Under the pieces are notes generated by a model, which had not been told where the DNA came from, searched no databases, and was given only the letters and a program-made list of their open reading frames with translations. A DNA stretch of 64,000 bases from Ruminococcus sp. GTDB taxonomy: Bacteria > Bacillota > Clostridia > Oscillospirales > Acutalibacteraceae. Position 1 is the first letter of the stretch, and each line of letters opens with the position of its first letter. Positions 19,807 through 30,754 of this stretch are shown here, in pieces. Location of the stretch: positions 47,824-111,823 of the forward strand of contig JAFTGC010000005.1 in the NCBI GenBank assembly GCA_017458105.1. Direction: 5' to 3'. Both the position numbers and the translations under genes were made by a program.

Positions 19807-21573
19807 ATGCCTTTACCTGACGATTTTTTGCAGGAAGTTAAAATGCGTAACGATATTACCGATATAGCGTCGTCTTATATTACGCTGAAACGCACAGGGC
19901 GAAATATGGTCGGGTTATGCCCTTTTCACGGTGAAAAAACTCCTTCTTTTAATATTTATTCCGAAACAAATTCCTATTACTGCTTCGGTTGCGGAGCAGG
20001 CGGTGATGTTGTAAATTTTGTAATGAGGATTGAAAACCTTGACTATATTGAGGCAGTGCGTTATCTTGCTCAAAGGGCAGGTATGCGTATGCCTGAGGAT
20101 AATTATGACGATTCTCTCTCAAAACTTCGCAAGAGAATTTATGAGGCAAATCGTGAGGCGGCAAGGTTTTTCTATAAAACCTTATACAGTCCGGTGGGTG
20201 CGTCAGGACTTCGTTATTTTTATTCAAGAGGCCTTACTGATAAAACCATCAAGCATTTTGGGCTTGGTTTTGCACCTGACAGTCATTTTGAACTTTCCAA
20301 TTATTTAAAAAACAAGGGATTTAACGATGACGAGCTTGTTTTGGCAAACCTTGTTTATAAAAATAAGAGCGGACGCGGAACAAACGACAGGTTTTATAAC
20401 CGTGTTATGTTTCCGATTATTGATGTCAGGGGTAATGTAATTGCCTTTGGCGGTCGAATTATGACTGATCAAAAACCTAAGTATCTCAATACATCTGATA
20501 CTCCCGTGTTTAATAAGAGCAGCAATCTTTTTTCGCTGAATAACGCAAAAAAGACTGCCGACCGCACACTTATTTTGTGTGAAGGATATATGGATGTAAT
20601 TGCGATTAATCAGGCGGGTTTTCAAAATGCAGTTGCAACACTGGGAACGGCACTTACTAATGAACAGGCAGTTTTGATGAAACGCTTTGCAGATGATGTT
20701 ATTATCTGTTATGACGCCGATGAAGCCGGTCAAAAGGCTACCCAGCGTGCCATATCAATTCTGAGGAATTCAGGTTTAAATATTAGGGTACTGATTGTTC
20801 CCGACGGTAAAGACCCGGACGAATTTATCAGAAAAAACGGTGACAACGGAGCTGCGGCATTTTATAATCTAATCAATGGCAGTGCTAATGATATAGAATA
20901 TAAAATCAATAAAATCAAAAAAAAATACGACCTCAGTTCTTCCGAACAGCGTGTTAGATTTTTGAATGAAGTCGCAGGTATTCTTGCAGGTATTGATAAT
21001 CGTATTGAGCAGGATGTCTATGCCTCAACACTTAGTCAAGAGCTTGATGTAAGCAAAGAAGTTGTTATGCAGTCTGTTCTGCAGTTAGGCAGAAAAAAAC
21101 AGCGTAATACCCGAAAAAAGCAATTTTCAAAACTTGCATCTGACTTAACCGGTAGGGACGATAAGATAAATCCGCAGCATAGGGAGGAGCTCCGTGCAAC
21201 ACATGCCGAAGAAACTTTGCTTTCTTTCCTCGTAAACTATGTTGATTCATACACAGAGATTTCTTCAAAAATATCTGCGGAAAGTTTTGTCACTGATTTT
21301 AATAAAAATTTATTTACATATTTTTCGCAGAAAATTACAGAGGGATACTCACCGCTTAATACGATCAGTAACGATTTTACACAGGATGAAGTGAATAAGA
21401 TATTTTCAATTGCAAACATATGCCGTAATATTAATCCGACAAACGAAGCAATTGAAGAATATGTTCGTGTTCTAAATGAAGAAAAGAATAAGATGAAAAC
21501 AGAAGAGATCGCAAGTGCTTCTGATGAAACATTGAGCGATTACATAATGCAGCTTAAAGCTAACAGAGAATAG
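19807..21573 (+). CDS. dnaG: DNA primase
   Basis: CPFH...CFGC zinc finger, KYLNT, EGYMD, YDAD TOPRIM, KDPDE; ATG 19807 after GGGGGTGG. Confidence 0.97.
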   Translation: MPLPDDFLQEVKMRNDITDIASSYITLKRTGRNMVGLCPFHGEKTPSFNIYSETNSYYCFGCGAGGDVVNFVMRIENLDYIEAVRYLAQRAGMRMPEDNYDDSLSKLRKRIYEANREAARFFYKTLYSPVGASGLRYFYSRGLTDKTIKHFGLGFAPDSHFELSNYLKNKGFNDDELVLANLVYKNKSGRGTNDRFYNRVMFPIIDVRGNVIAFGGRIMTDQKPKYLNTSDTPVFNKSSNLFSLNNAKKTADRTLILCEGYMDVIAINQAGFQNAVATLGTALTNEQAVLMKRFADDVIICYDADEAGQKATQRAISILRNSGLNIRVLIVPDGKDPDEFIRKNGDNGAAAFYNLINGSANDIEYKINKIKKKYDLSSSEQRVRFLNEVAGILAGIDNRIEQDVYASTLSQELDVSKEVVMQSVLQLGRKKQRNTRKKQFSKLASDLTGRDDKINPQHREELRATHAEETLLSFLVNYVDSYTEISSKISAESFVTDFNKNLFTYFSQKITEGYSPLNTISNDFTQDEVNKIFSIANICRNINPTNEAIEEYVRVLNEEKNKMKTEEIASASDETLSDYIMQLKANRE

Positions 21574-21584
21574 GAGCGATAATT

Positions 21585-22673
21585 ATGAGTGGACAGGTTG
21601 ATAAGAAGACTATCATCAAGGACCTTTCTGAACTTGGTAAAGAAAGAGGCAGCCTGACAAACCAGGATATTCTTGATGCTATCGGAGAAATTGAGTTTTC
21701 GCCGGAACAGCTCGAAAAACTCTATGCCACACTCGAGCAGCAGGGTATTGAAATTATTGAGGATACAAATGTTGACCTATCGGATATTGAAGAGGTTGCC
21801 TCAGTTGTTTCTAAATCCGGAAAGGACGAGATCGGTGAAAGCGTAGTAATTGATGACCCCGTAAAGGTTTATTTAAAAGAAATCGGACGAGTTCCGTTGC
21901 TTTCATCAGACGAAGAAATCAACCTTGCGGTGAGAATTTCCGAAGGAGATACCGAAGCAAAAAAGAAACTCTGCCAAGCTAACCTGCGACTCGTAGTTTC
22001 AATTGCAAAGAGGTATCTCGGCAGGGGTATGCTGTTTTTGGACTTGATTCAGGAGGGTAACCTCGGTTTGCTAAAAGCCGTTGATAAGTTTGACCATACA
22101 AAAGGCTTTAAATTTTCAACCTACGCAACATGGTGGATAAGACAAGCCATCACAAGGGCAATTGCCGATCAGGGCAGAACAATCCGTATTCCTGTGCATA
22201 TGGTCGAAACCATAAATAAGGTAAAGAAGGTGTCTTCACAGCTCCTTCACCAGAACGGGCATGAGCCTACAGCAGACGAAATTGCAGAAGAAATTGATAT
22301 GCCTGTTGATAAGGTCAGGGATATTATGAGGGTTGCTCAAGAGCCGGTTTCTCTTGAAACACCTATCGGCGAGGAGGAAGATTCCCACCTGGGTGACTTC
22401 ATCCCTGATGATGACGCACCTGCACCTGCCGACGCTGCTTCGCATACACTTTTAAGGGAACAGCTCAACGAAGTTCTCGATACGCTCACACCTCGTGAAG
22501 AGAAGGTTCTCAGACTTCGTTTTGGACTTGAAGACGGCAGAAGCCGTACCCTTGAAGAAGTTGGCAAGGAGTTTAATGTAACAAGGGAACGCATTCGCCA
22601 AATTGAGGCTAAAGCCCTCAGAAAACTTCGCCATCCATCAAGAAGCAAAATTCTTAAGGATTATCTTGACTAA
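21585..22673 (+). CDS. rpoD: Primary sigma factor SigA/RpoD
   Basis: [38 protein letters not shown]; follows dnaG. Confidence 0.98.
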   Translation: MSGQVDKKTIIKDLSELGKERGSLTNQDILDAIGEIEFSPEQLEKLYATLEQQGIEIIEDTNVDLSDIEEVASVVSKSGKDEIGESVVIDDPVKVYLKEIGRVPLLSSDEEINLAVRISEGDTEAKKKLCQANLRLVVSIAKRYLGRGMLFLDLIQEGNLGLLKAVDKFDHTKGFKFSTYATWWIRQAITRAIADQGRTIRIPVHMVETINKVKKVSSQLLHQNGHEPTADEIAEEIDMPVDKVRDIMRVAQEPVSLETPIGEEEDSHLGDFIPDDDAPAPADAASHTLLREQLNEVLDTLTPREEKVLRLRFGLEDGRSRTLEEVGKEFNVTRERIRQIEAKALRKLRHPSRSKILKDYLD

Positions 22674-22758
22674 ATAGATTTTTAATTTGTATATTTCGTT
22701 TATAATTTATTAATATCTATTGTCAAAATGCCCATAAATTAACTAAAAATTTCTACAC

Positions 22759-22793
22759 AATAAACCACCTTTTAGGGTGGTTTATTTCTTTTT
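22759..22793 (+). terminator. Intrinsic terminator after rpoD
   Basis: AATAAACCACC / GGTGGTTTATT then T-rich tract. Confidence 0.8.
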
Positions 22794-22874
22794 GGGAAAA
22801 TATATTATAATTTATTTTGTTAAAATATTTTTAGATATATTAAGGGGTAGTATTTTGAAAACCGGAGGGAAGTT

Positions 22875-25703
22875 ATGTTTTGCAAGCGTATTATTTCCGT
22901 GTTTTTTATATTACTGATTACATTTACAGGATTTATTGCTATGGATATTGGTGCAAAAACAAAAATAAAAGATTATGTGGCTTATGCCGCAAAGCTTGAT
23001 GAAACTACCTATGACGGTGATGATTTAGGTGCTGTTTGGTCCCCAAAAAGCACAACTTTCAAGCTGTGGTCACCAACAGCCTCAAAGGTTGTTGTCCGTT
23101 TGTATGAAAAAGGCTCGGCAGAAGAGAGCGACGACGGCTATTTTAAAGACAGTGCTATGCAGTTTGATGAATCAACAGGTATATGGTCAGCAACAATCAG
23201 CGGTAATTTTAAGAATAAGTATTATACATATGTTGTTACAAATGACGGCAAAGATGTTGAAGTTGTTGATATTTACGCAAAGGCGGTCGGTGCTAACGGC
23301 AAGCGTGGTATGATTGTTGACTTAAAATCAACCGATCCTGACGGTTGGGATAAAGATTCTCATATTCTTGTTGAAAATCAGACAGATGCCTCCGTTTGGG
23401 AAGTTTCCGTTAAAGACTTTTCATATGCAGAAAATTCGGGTGTCAGTAAAGAAAATAGAGGCAAGTTCCTTGCTTTTACAGAGGACGGAACAGTTTTAAA
23501 CGGTATCAATGGTAGCAGTCCTACCTGTGTTTCCTACCTTAAACAACTGGGTGTTAATTATGTTCAGATAAATCCGTTTTACGATTTTGGTTCTGTTGAT
23601 GAAACAGGCTCGGATGAACAGTATAATTGGGGCTACGATCCGGTCAATTATAATGTTCCGGAGGGCTCGTATTCTACAAATCCATACGACGGAAATGTGA
23701 GGATTAATGAGTGTAAACAGATGATAAAAGCACTCCATGATGCAGGCATAGGCGTTATTATGGATGTTGTTTATAACCATACTTACACAGCCGAAGATAG
23801 TTACTTCAATCAAACCGTTCCTTATTATTATCACAGAATGAACAGTGACGGCACATTTTCAAATGGTTCAGGATGCAGTAATGACACTGCCTCCGAGCAT
23901 AAGATGTTCCGTAAGTTTATGATTGATTCAATTACCTACTGGGCAAGCGAGTACCACATTGACGGATTCCGTTTTGACCTTATGGGTTTGCACGATGTTG
24001 ATACAATGAATGCGGTTCGTGCTTCTTTGGATAAAATCGACAGCAGAATAATTATGTACGGTGAAGCCTGGGATTTGCAGACGAATGCCGACCCGGGAAC
24101 AATTCTTGCTACGCAGAATAATATGTCATATCTTGATGACAGAATAGGTGCTTTTGATGATACCATCCGTGATGCACTCAAGGGAAATACATTTGATTCT
24201 ACCGATAAGGGCTTTCTTGCGGCAGGTAAGGGGATAGGCAACCTTACAACAGGTATTGCAGGTCAGTCTGAGTACGGATGGGCAAATCAGCCTACTCAGA
24301 CGGTTTCTTATTCAAGCTGTCATGATAATTTTACATTGTATGATAAACTCGTAGGTGCTATTTATACTGACGGTGACTACCGTAAGAGATATGCCGATAT
24401 TGTCGAAATGACAAAGCTGAATTCAGCTGCAATTTTCACTTCTCAGGGAATGACATTTTTTCTTGCAGGCGAGGAATTTTGTCGCAGTAAAGACGGTGAC
24501 GAAAATAGCTACAAATCTGCTGTTACAGAGAATATGATTGATTGGAGCAGTGTTGATAATTTTAGTGATGTAGTTGATTACTATAAGGGTATGCTTCAAA
24601 TCAGAAATAAGTTCAATGTGCTGAGGGACCCTACCAAAAACACTGCAAATAATATAAACTATTTTAGCCGTAATGACGGAGTGGTTGGATTTACCTTAAA
24701 TGGGCTCGACGGCGATAACTGTAAGAACATTGCGGTTATTCTTAACGGTAAAACATCGCAAAATGCTTCGGTTGAGATTAAGGGCGATAATTTGCCTGAT
24801 CAGTGGGTGATTATTGCCGATAGTAAAACAGCAGGTCTGAGAAATCTCGGTCAGATTAATGACAGCAAAGTTGACTTACCGCCAAGCTCGGCTATGATTC
24901 TCATTGATAAGGATAGTTTTGATAAAAACTGTAAAAGTGACCAAGGTGCGGTTGTGGTCGATTATCTGGACTCCAATGGAAATAAGGTTATGACCGAGAA
25001 TGTGTTCGGCAAAATCGGCGAAAAGTATGATATTTCTCCAAGTAATAATATCCTTCGTAATTATAAGATAACAGAAAAGAGCGATACAAAGGGTGAATTT
25101 ACAGCCGAAAATAAATCTGCATCATTTAAAGTTGTAGAGTATAAAGGCTCGTACAGTTCGGTTACTTTTAGGTTTGTTGATTCTGAAACCGATAAAGAGA
25201 TAGCACCGGGCAAAGTGCTTACAAATCAAGTTGGGCAACGTTATTTCACAGAGAGTATCCCTGCTGTCAAGGGTTATGTGCTTGATACCGATGCATTGCC
25301 TGAAAACGGCTCGGGTGTGTTTGCGGTTGTTGATAAGGTTGTAACTTATAAATTCACTAAAGAAAAATTGAAGTCCCCGCTTGTAAAAGTCATTTATATG
25401 GACTCTGACGGCAATGTTATGGATATTGAGGAGATTTACGGAGAAAAGGGCAAAGATTACTCTGCAGAAAACAAAGAGTATGAAAATCTTGAGCTTGTTT
25501 CTGTTTCGGATAATGCACAAGGTAAATTTTCTGATATGCAACAGACGGTTATCTATAATTATATGCTTAATGACAATTCTACAAAAGTGACAGTAACAAC
25601 CACCATACTCATATTGGCAGGTGTAATTGCTGTTGGTGCGATTGCGTTCAAAATTCGGTTATCTGTTCGCAAAAAAAGGCAAAGAGAAATTATAATTAAG
25701 TAA
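22875..25703 (+). CDS. pulA: Type I pullulanase (CBM48-GH13) with three MucBP-like repeats and C-terminal TM anchor
   Basis: YNWGYDP, DVVYNH, DGFRFDLMG, YGEAW, HDN; three V.Y.D..G...G.F...V.Y repeats; TM plus RKKRQR. Confidence 0.93.
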   Translation: MFCKRIISVFFILLITFTGFIAMDIGAKTKIKDYVAYAAKLDETTYDGDDLGAVWSPKSTTFKLWSPTASKVVVRLYEKGSAEESDDGYFKDSAMQFDESTGIWSATISGNFKNKYYTYVVTNDGKDVEVVDIYAKAVGANGKRGMIVDLKSTDPDGWDKDSHILVENQTDASVWEVSVKDFSYAENSGVSKENRGKFLAFTEDGTVLNGINGSSPTCVSYLKQLGVNYVQINPFYDFGSVDETGSDEQYNWGYDPVNYNVPEGSYSTNPYDGNVRINECKQMIKALHDAGIGVIMDVVYNHTYTAEDSYFNQTVPYYYHRMNSDGTFSNGSGCSNDTASEHKMFRKFMIDSITYWASEYHIDGFRFDLMGLHDVDTMNAVRASLDKIDSRIIMYGEAWDLQTNADPGTILATQNNMSYLDDRIGAFDDTIRDALKGNTFDSTDKGFLAAGKGIGNLTTGIAGQSEYGWANQPTQTVSYSSCHDNFTLYDKLVGAIYTDGDYRKRYADIVEMTKLNSAAIFTSQGMTFFLAGEEFCRSKDGDENSYKSAVTENMIDWSSVDNFSDVVDYYKGMLQIRNKFNVLRDPTKNTANNINYFSRNDGVVGFTLNGLDGDNCKNIAVILNGKTSQNASVEIKGDNLPDQWVIIADSKTAGLRNLGQINDSKVDLPPSSAMILIDKDSFDKNCKSDQGAVVVDYLDSNGNKVMTENVFGKIGEKYDISPSNNILRNYKITEKSDTKGEFTAENKSASFKVVEYKGSYSSVTFRFVDSETDKEIAPGKVLTNQVGQRYFTESIPAVKGYVLDTDALPENGSGVFAVVDKVVTYKFTKEKLKSPLVKVIYMDSDGNVMDIEEIYGEKGKDYSAENKEYENLELVSVSDNAQGKFSDMQQTVIYNYMLNDNSTKVTVTTTILILAGVIAVGAIAFKIRLSVRKKRQREIIIK

Positions 25704-25741
25704 CAAAATTCTTTTTAAGAATAATTTTTAAGGAGGCAATT

Positions 25742-28700
25742 ATGAGAATAAAAAGAATGATTTCTGTTATTCTTACTGCTATGATGGCAACCTCAGCAGT
25801 GACGGTTGGCACAATAACATCATCTGCTGCTTCAAATCCTACAGAATATGAAAATGCAGCCCATGAGATTGATCAGCAGTACAGATATGACGGAACTGAC
25901 CTCGGTGCAACCTACACCCCTGCTTCTACAACCTTTAAGGTGTGGGCTCCTACCGGAACAAAGTGTGTGCTTAAGTTTTATAAAGCCGGCAACGGCGGCA
26001 CGGCTTATGAAACACATGAAATGACAAAGGATGAAGAAAAGGGCATTTTCTCTGTCACAGTTAGCGGCGATTTAAAAAATGTGTATTATACATATGATAT
26101 TACAGCTGCAAGCATAATAGGTGGTGAAGCTGTCACAACAGAAACACCTGATGTATATTCGGTTGCAACAGGTGTAAATGGTAAGCGTTCTATGGTTTGT
26201 GACCTTGATTCAACCGACCCTGAAGGTTGGGATAAGGATACTCATGTAATTACTGATGATGTTTCAGACGCTTCTGTATGGGAAATTCATGTTAAGGACT
26301 TCTCATATAATGAAAACTCAGGTGTAAGCGAGAAAAACCGTGGTAAGTATCTTGCTTTCACAGAAACAGGCACAACCCTTGACGGTAAAGGTGATGTATC
26401 AACAGGAATAGATTATCTCAAAGAACTCGGTGTTACCTATGTTCAGTTAAATCCGGTTTATGATTATGGTTCGGTAGATGAGTCAGGAGCAGACAATCAG
26501 TTTAACTGGGGCTATGACCCAATGAACTACAATGTTCCCGAAGGCTCTTATTCGTCTGACCCATACAACGGTAATACAAGAATTAATGAACTTAAGCAGA
26601 TGATTCAGGCTCTTCATAAAGCAGGAATAGGCGTAATTATGGATGTTGTTTACAACCATACTTACAATACAAACACTGCTTTTCAGGCTTGTGTTCCGGA
26701 CTATTACTACAGAAAGACTTCAAAAGGAGCATGGTCAAGCGGTTCCGGCTGCGGAAATGACACAGCTTCTGAAAGAGCAATGTTCCGTAACTTTATGATT
26801 CAGTCAACAAAGTATTGGGCAGAGGAGTACCATATTGACGGATTCCGTTTTGACCTTATGGGACTTCACGATGTTAATACAATGAACAAAGTTCGTGAGT
26901 CGCTTGATCAGATTGATGAAGGTATCATTATGTACGGCGAAGGCTGGGCAATGTCAACAACATATGATGTTACAGATTGCGACGGCAACAGAACTGTACT
27001 TGCCGCTCAAAATGCAACATCCGTGCTTAATAAAAGAGTTGGTATGTTCAACGACCAATTCCGTGACAGTATGAAAGGCTCATTTTCGTCAATCACAGCA
27101 ACAGGCTTTATTCAAGGTACCTCAAATGTAGGCAACAGCAAGGGAGTTAAGTATGGCGTAAGGGCAAACTCTGTAGGAAAAGGTTCAAGCTGGAGGGCGC
27201 AGTCGCCTTCACAGTGCGTAAACTACATTTCTTGTCACGATAACAATACCTTGTATGATAAGCTCGTTGCTTCTGTTGCAAAGACCACTGATTACCGTGC
27301 AAGAAATAACGAAGTTGTCAATATTAATAAGTTTGCAGAAACAATTGCTGCTACTTCACAAGGTGTACACCTTATGCTTGCAGGTGAGGAAATGGCTCGT
27401 TCAAAAGACGGTGACGAAAACTCCTACAGTTCGCCTGCAACTGAAAATATGCTTGATTGGAACAATGTTGTTGAATTTCAGGATCTTGTATCATACTACA
27501 AGGGTATGATGGATATTCGTAAGGCATTTTCTCCATTTACTACAGACGATGTTAATGTGTCAACAAACCAGTATAATTTTACAGATGCTATCGCTACAGA
27601 CTCTGCAACATTTGGTTATGTTGTTTCCAATACACAATCAGATGAATGGAATAAGCTTGCAGTAGTATTAAACAGCCAGAGCAGTTCTGCTGTTGTTAAC
27701 CTTACAGATGCAGATGAAAATTTAAGCAAAGATACAGAGTGGGTTGTTATTGCTGACGGTGAGGACGCCGGTCTTACAGCAATTAAAACAGTTAAGGGTA
27801 ATTCTATTACAGTTCCTGCATTGACAGCAATGGTTTTGGTTGAAAAAACTACATTCGATTCGGTGAACCTTGCAGCAAAATCCAATAAATCTAAAGTAAA
27901 TGTTGTATATAAAGATACAGAAACAAATAAGATTCTTTCCAAGAGAGTACTTTACGGTTCAGTAGGTACAAATTATGTAACCAGCCCTGACCAAACATTA
28001 AGTGATGAATATGTTCTTGAGGGTATTGACGGTGATACAAAGGGAACATTCACAACAACTGATAAAACAGTAACATATAATTATAGGAGTTATGTTCCTG
28101 AATGTTTAACTAAATCCGTAAGTGGCAACGAGAAAGTTTCTGTAAAAGATGCTACTCTTATTCAGAAGTATCTCGTTGATGATACAAAATTGACAGAAGA
28201 ACAGGTTAAGCTTGCTGATTATAATATGGACGGTAAGGTTGATGTAAATGATGCAACAACAGTTCAAAAGTTTGTCAATAAGGATAATTACGGTGCTGTA
28301 AATACAATAACAGTTAAGTATATCAATAAAGCAAACTACAAAGAAATTGCAACAGCAAAGAAATACAAAGCCGTTGCAGGTAAGTCAGATTCTTATCAGC
28401 CAATTTCAGTAATCGGTTATAAGTATGTTTCTTATGAAGTTGGTTCAAATAAAGGAACAGACGAAAATGTAACTGTAAACTATGATTTCAAAAATAAGAT
28501 CTTGTGCTTCTACTACACAGAAGATAAATATGATGTTACACTTCATGTAAAACATAGTGGTTCTGAAACATGGCAGCCGACACTTTGGGCATGGTATGCA
28601 GTGGATGGAACTGACCATAATATTTATGATGGTTGGCCTGGTCAGAATATGACTAAGGGTGATGATGATTGGTACGATGCCACATTTAAAGTTCCTAACG

Positions 28701-28852
28701 GTGCTGAATATTCACTGATTATAAGTGAAAACCAAGCAAATCAGACACAGGATTATAAGGGCTATACAGCACCTGAAATGTGGATTACAATTGATGATTC
28801 CGCAATTTCAAAGGGTGGAGATTACCTGATATTCTCAACAGAAAAACCATGA
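25742..28852 (+). CDS. pulA: Secreted type I pullulanase: CBM48-GH13-MucBP-dockerin-MucBP-CBM26-like (amylosome type)
   Basis: Signal peptide; FNWGYDP, DGFRFDLMG, YGEGW, HDN; dockerin DATLIQKY...ADYNMDGKVDVNDAT; C-terminal LWAW...WPG..M.....W starch-binding module. Confidence 0.93.
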   Translation: MRIKRMISVILTAMMATSAVTVGTITSSAASNPTEYENAAHEIDQQYRYDGTDLGATYTPASTTFKVWAPTGTKCVLKFYKAGNGGTAYETHEMTKDEEKGIFSVTVSGDLKNVYYTYDITAASIIGGEAVTTETPDVYSVATGVNGKRSMVCDLDSTDPEGWDKDTHVITDDVSDASVWEIHVKDFSYNENSGVSEKNRGKYLAFTETGTTLDGKGDVSTGIDYLKELGVTYVQLNPVYDYGSVDESGADNQFNWGYDPMNYNVPEGSYSSDPYNGNTRINELKQMIQALHKAGIGVIMDVVYNHTYNTNTAFQACVPDYYYRKTSKGAWSSGSGCGNDTASERAMFRNFMIQSTKYWAEEYHIDGFRFDLMGLHDVNTMNKVRESLDQIDEGIIMYGEGWAMSTTYDVTDCDGNRTVLAAQNATSVLNKRVGMFNDQFRDSMKGSFSSITATGFIQGTSNVGNSKGVKYGVRANSVGKGSSWRAQSPSQCVNYISCHDNNTLYDKLVASVAKTTDYRARNNEVVNINKFAETIAATSQGVHLMLAGEEMARSKDGDENSYSSPATENMLDWNNVVEFQDLVSYYKGMMDIRKAFSPFTTDDVNVSTNQYNFTDAIATDSATFGYVVSNTQSDEWNKLAVVLNSQSSSAVVNLTDADENLSKDTEWVVIADGEDAGLTAIKTVKGNSITVPALTAMVLVEKTTFDSVNLAAKSNKSKVNVVYKDTETNKILSKRVLYGSVGTNYVTSPDQTLSDEYVLEGIDGDTKGTFTTTDKTVTYNYRSYVPECLTKSVSGNEKVSVKDATLIQKYLVDDTKLTEEQVKLADYNMDGKVDVNDATTVQKFVNKDNYGAVNTITVKYINKANYKEIATAKKYKAVAGKSDSYQPISVIGYKYVSYEVGSNKGTDENVTVNYDFKNKILCFYYTEDKYDVTLHVKHSGSETWQPTLWAWYAVDGTDHNIYDGWPGQNMTKGDDDWYDATFKVPNGAEYSLIISENQANQTQDYKGYTAPEMWITIDDSAISKGGDYLIFSTEKP

Positions 28853-28864
28853 TTTAATTTTTAA

Positions 28865-28906
28865 TAAACCGGCACTACAAAAAGTGGTGCCGGTTTAGCT
28901 TTGTTT
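28865..28906 (+). terminator. Intrinsic terminator after pullulanase pair
   Basis: TAAACCGGCACTAC / GTGGTGCCGGTTTA 14-bp stem. Confidence 0.85.
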
Positions 28907-29138
28907 AAAAATAAAACAGAATTAAATTGTGATTTTAGATAAATCTCTCAATATATTTAATTAAAATGATTATTCATCTAATTTATCACACTTTTCAAAA
29001 TAGTTCACTCTTTGTCTTTAAATCTTTCGTTATATCTTATTTTTTGTTGTTTTTAACATTCATTGTGTTTTTGTATAGTTTTTTTTTATTAAGTGTCAAG
29101 TTATATTGCGTATTGCTGTTTTAAATCAAAAATATGTA

Positions 29139-29168
29139 TTGACAAAATATGTTATTTAGTGATATAAT
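29139..29168 (+). promoter_or_regulatory. Strong SigA promoter with extended -10
   Basis: TTGACA-18-TATAAT with TG. Confidence 0.8.
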
Positions 29169-29248
29169 CAAAGTACAAAAAAATTAATTTAGGTGATTAT
29201 GTTGCAACAAATTACAAATAAATATTTAAGAAAGTGAGGCTTTCTTTA

Positions 29249-29423
29249 ATGAAAACAAGAAAAAACAGTATATGATGGTAACTCAACGGGATGTGGAACT
29301 TCTGTAGCAGCCGTTATAAAACCACATACAGGATATAAATTTATTTACAATAAAAAATATAATTATTATAAATATTCCATATCTTCAGTAATACTTGGAC
29401 CTATTGAGTTGCCAAAGTTCTAA
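29249..29423 (+). pseudogene. Broken small-peptide gene (frameshift or internal deletion)
   Basis: RBS AAAGTGAGG, ATG 29249 gives MKTRKNSI*; shifting frame in the A6 run gives 53 more codons (KTVYDGNSTGCGTSVAAVIKPHTGYK...LPKF*) ending at TAA 29423. Confidence 0.5.
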
Positions 29424-29474
29424 GAAAAAGTATAAAGTATATTTACTAATAAATTTTACTTCAGGAAGTGTAAT

Positions 29475-30680
29475 ATGAAGAAACCGCTTGTTTTTCTTAT
29501 GACACTTATCATATTATCTTTAACCTTGTTTGGTTGCGGTTCAAAAGATAATAACGATAATAGTCAGGATAATAATAGTAACACTGTTACTCAAACTTCT
29601 GATATAAAGCAGCTGTCAAATGTTGTTGGATTTTCAAAAGAATCTTATGATGTAGAAAATGATTACCAGCCGTTTGTAAACAATACTCATGATATTGCTT
29701 ATTGCAACGAAGGCTACTATTTTTTTGAAAGAGAATATTTATACTTTTTTGATAAAGCAAGTAAAAAAGCAGTTCCTGTTTGCAATAAGCCGGATTGTGA
29801 ACATGAAGATGACAGCTGTAATGCACATTTCTCTGTTGATCAGTTTTATGTTGCCTCAGGTGTGTTTTACCACGATTCTCACATTTATATTTTAGGGACC
29901 GACGGGGAACAATTTTCTACAAAGCTATATCTTTATAAAATTTCCAAGGACGGAACCTCCAGGGAGAAAACCTGTTATCTGGGTAATTATGGTTCCAATG
30001 TGTCCACTTATTCCCTTGAATTTATAATTCACAAAAATAACGGGTATTTATTATTTAGTGATGATAATATGTCACAGTTAAAGACCTTTAACATCAATGA
30101 TGATAAACCCAAGCTGAAAGAGATTGATAAGATTAAAGGTACTGGTGCAAATCTATACAGACTTACAGGTTTTGGCGATGTTGTAGCTTATCAGTATGGT
30201 TGTTTTAGCGATGAATCTATGGAGCATTTTGAAGGCGGTATAAAATTAATTATTAACGGCAAACCTCAAACGGTCGTTGAAGGTGCTATAAAAACATATT
30301 TTATAACCGACGGTAAGATTTATTATGAAACAGATTCCGGTTTGGATGTGCTAAATATAAAAGATAAAAGCACTAAAACCTTTAATACCCCCGATGGTGC
30401 AAATTCCGTCACATACGATGGCAAATATTTTTATTTGTATAATGATGGTTATGATGATTACCAATTTAAAATATATGTTTACGATAGCAATGAAAAATTG
30501 ATTGATACAGTTACTACTCCAAAAGAATGCACAGGATTGTTGTTTGGAAGTGATGATTTTTTCTTTGCTGATTTTGTTGACGGTAAAAAAGGAATTATGA
30601 AGTACTTTGAAAAAAGCCAATTGGGAACCGGAAAAATAAATTGGAAAACTGCTTGTGAAAAATATTACGAGTCTGAGTAA
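29475..30680 (+). CDS. Lipoprotein, probable beta-propeller with N-terminal Cys/His cluster
   Basis: Lipobox LFGC; VCNKPDCEHEDDSCNA; repeated Y/F-rich beta strands. Confidence 0.8.
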   Translation: MKKPLVFLMTLIILSLTLFGCGSKDNNDNSQDNNSNTVTQTSDIKQLSNVVGFSKESYDVENDYQPFVNNTHDIAYCNEGYYFFEREYLYFFDKASKKAVPVCNKPDCEHEDDSCNAHFSVDQFYVASGVFYHDSHIYILGTDGEQFSTKLYLYKISKDGTSREKTCYLGNYGSNVSTYSLEFIIHKNNGYLLFSDDNMSQLKTFNINDDKPKLKEIDKIKGTGANLYRLTGFGDVVAYQYGCFSDESMEHFEGGIKLIINGKPQTVVEGAIKTYFITDGKIYYETDSGLDVLNIKDKSTKTFNTPDGANSVTYDGKYFYLYNDGYDDYQFKIYVYDSNEKLIDTVTTPKECTGLLFGSDDFFFADFVDGKKGIMKYFEKSQLGTGKINWKTACEKYYESE

Positions 30681-30683
30681 TAA

Positions 30684-30710
30684 TAAAGGGTTGCCTACGG
30701 CAACCCTTTA
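30684..30710 (+). other. Intra-operon stem-loop without U-tract
   Basis: TAAAGGGTTGCC / GGCAACCCTTTA perfect 12-bp stem. Confidence 0.7.
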
Positions 30711-30754
30711 CCCGTATTTTTTGACATTGCTAAACTTTTGTAAGGTGATTTACT

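Noticed and set aside
23958-26862. 29-nt identical stretch in both pullulanases (23958-23986 and 26834-26862), suggesting gene conversion
   Set aside because: It encodes the invariant IDGFRFDLMG catalytic motif; protein constraint plus codon bias is enough to explain it
29072-29099. Possible minus-strand promoter (TTGACA, A9 spacer, TATACA) that could drive an sRNA toward the pullulanase terminator
   Set aside because: Weak -10 and non-optimal spacing in very AT-rich DNA; no structure or ORF in the putative transcript
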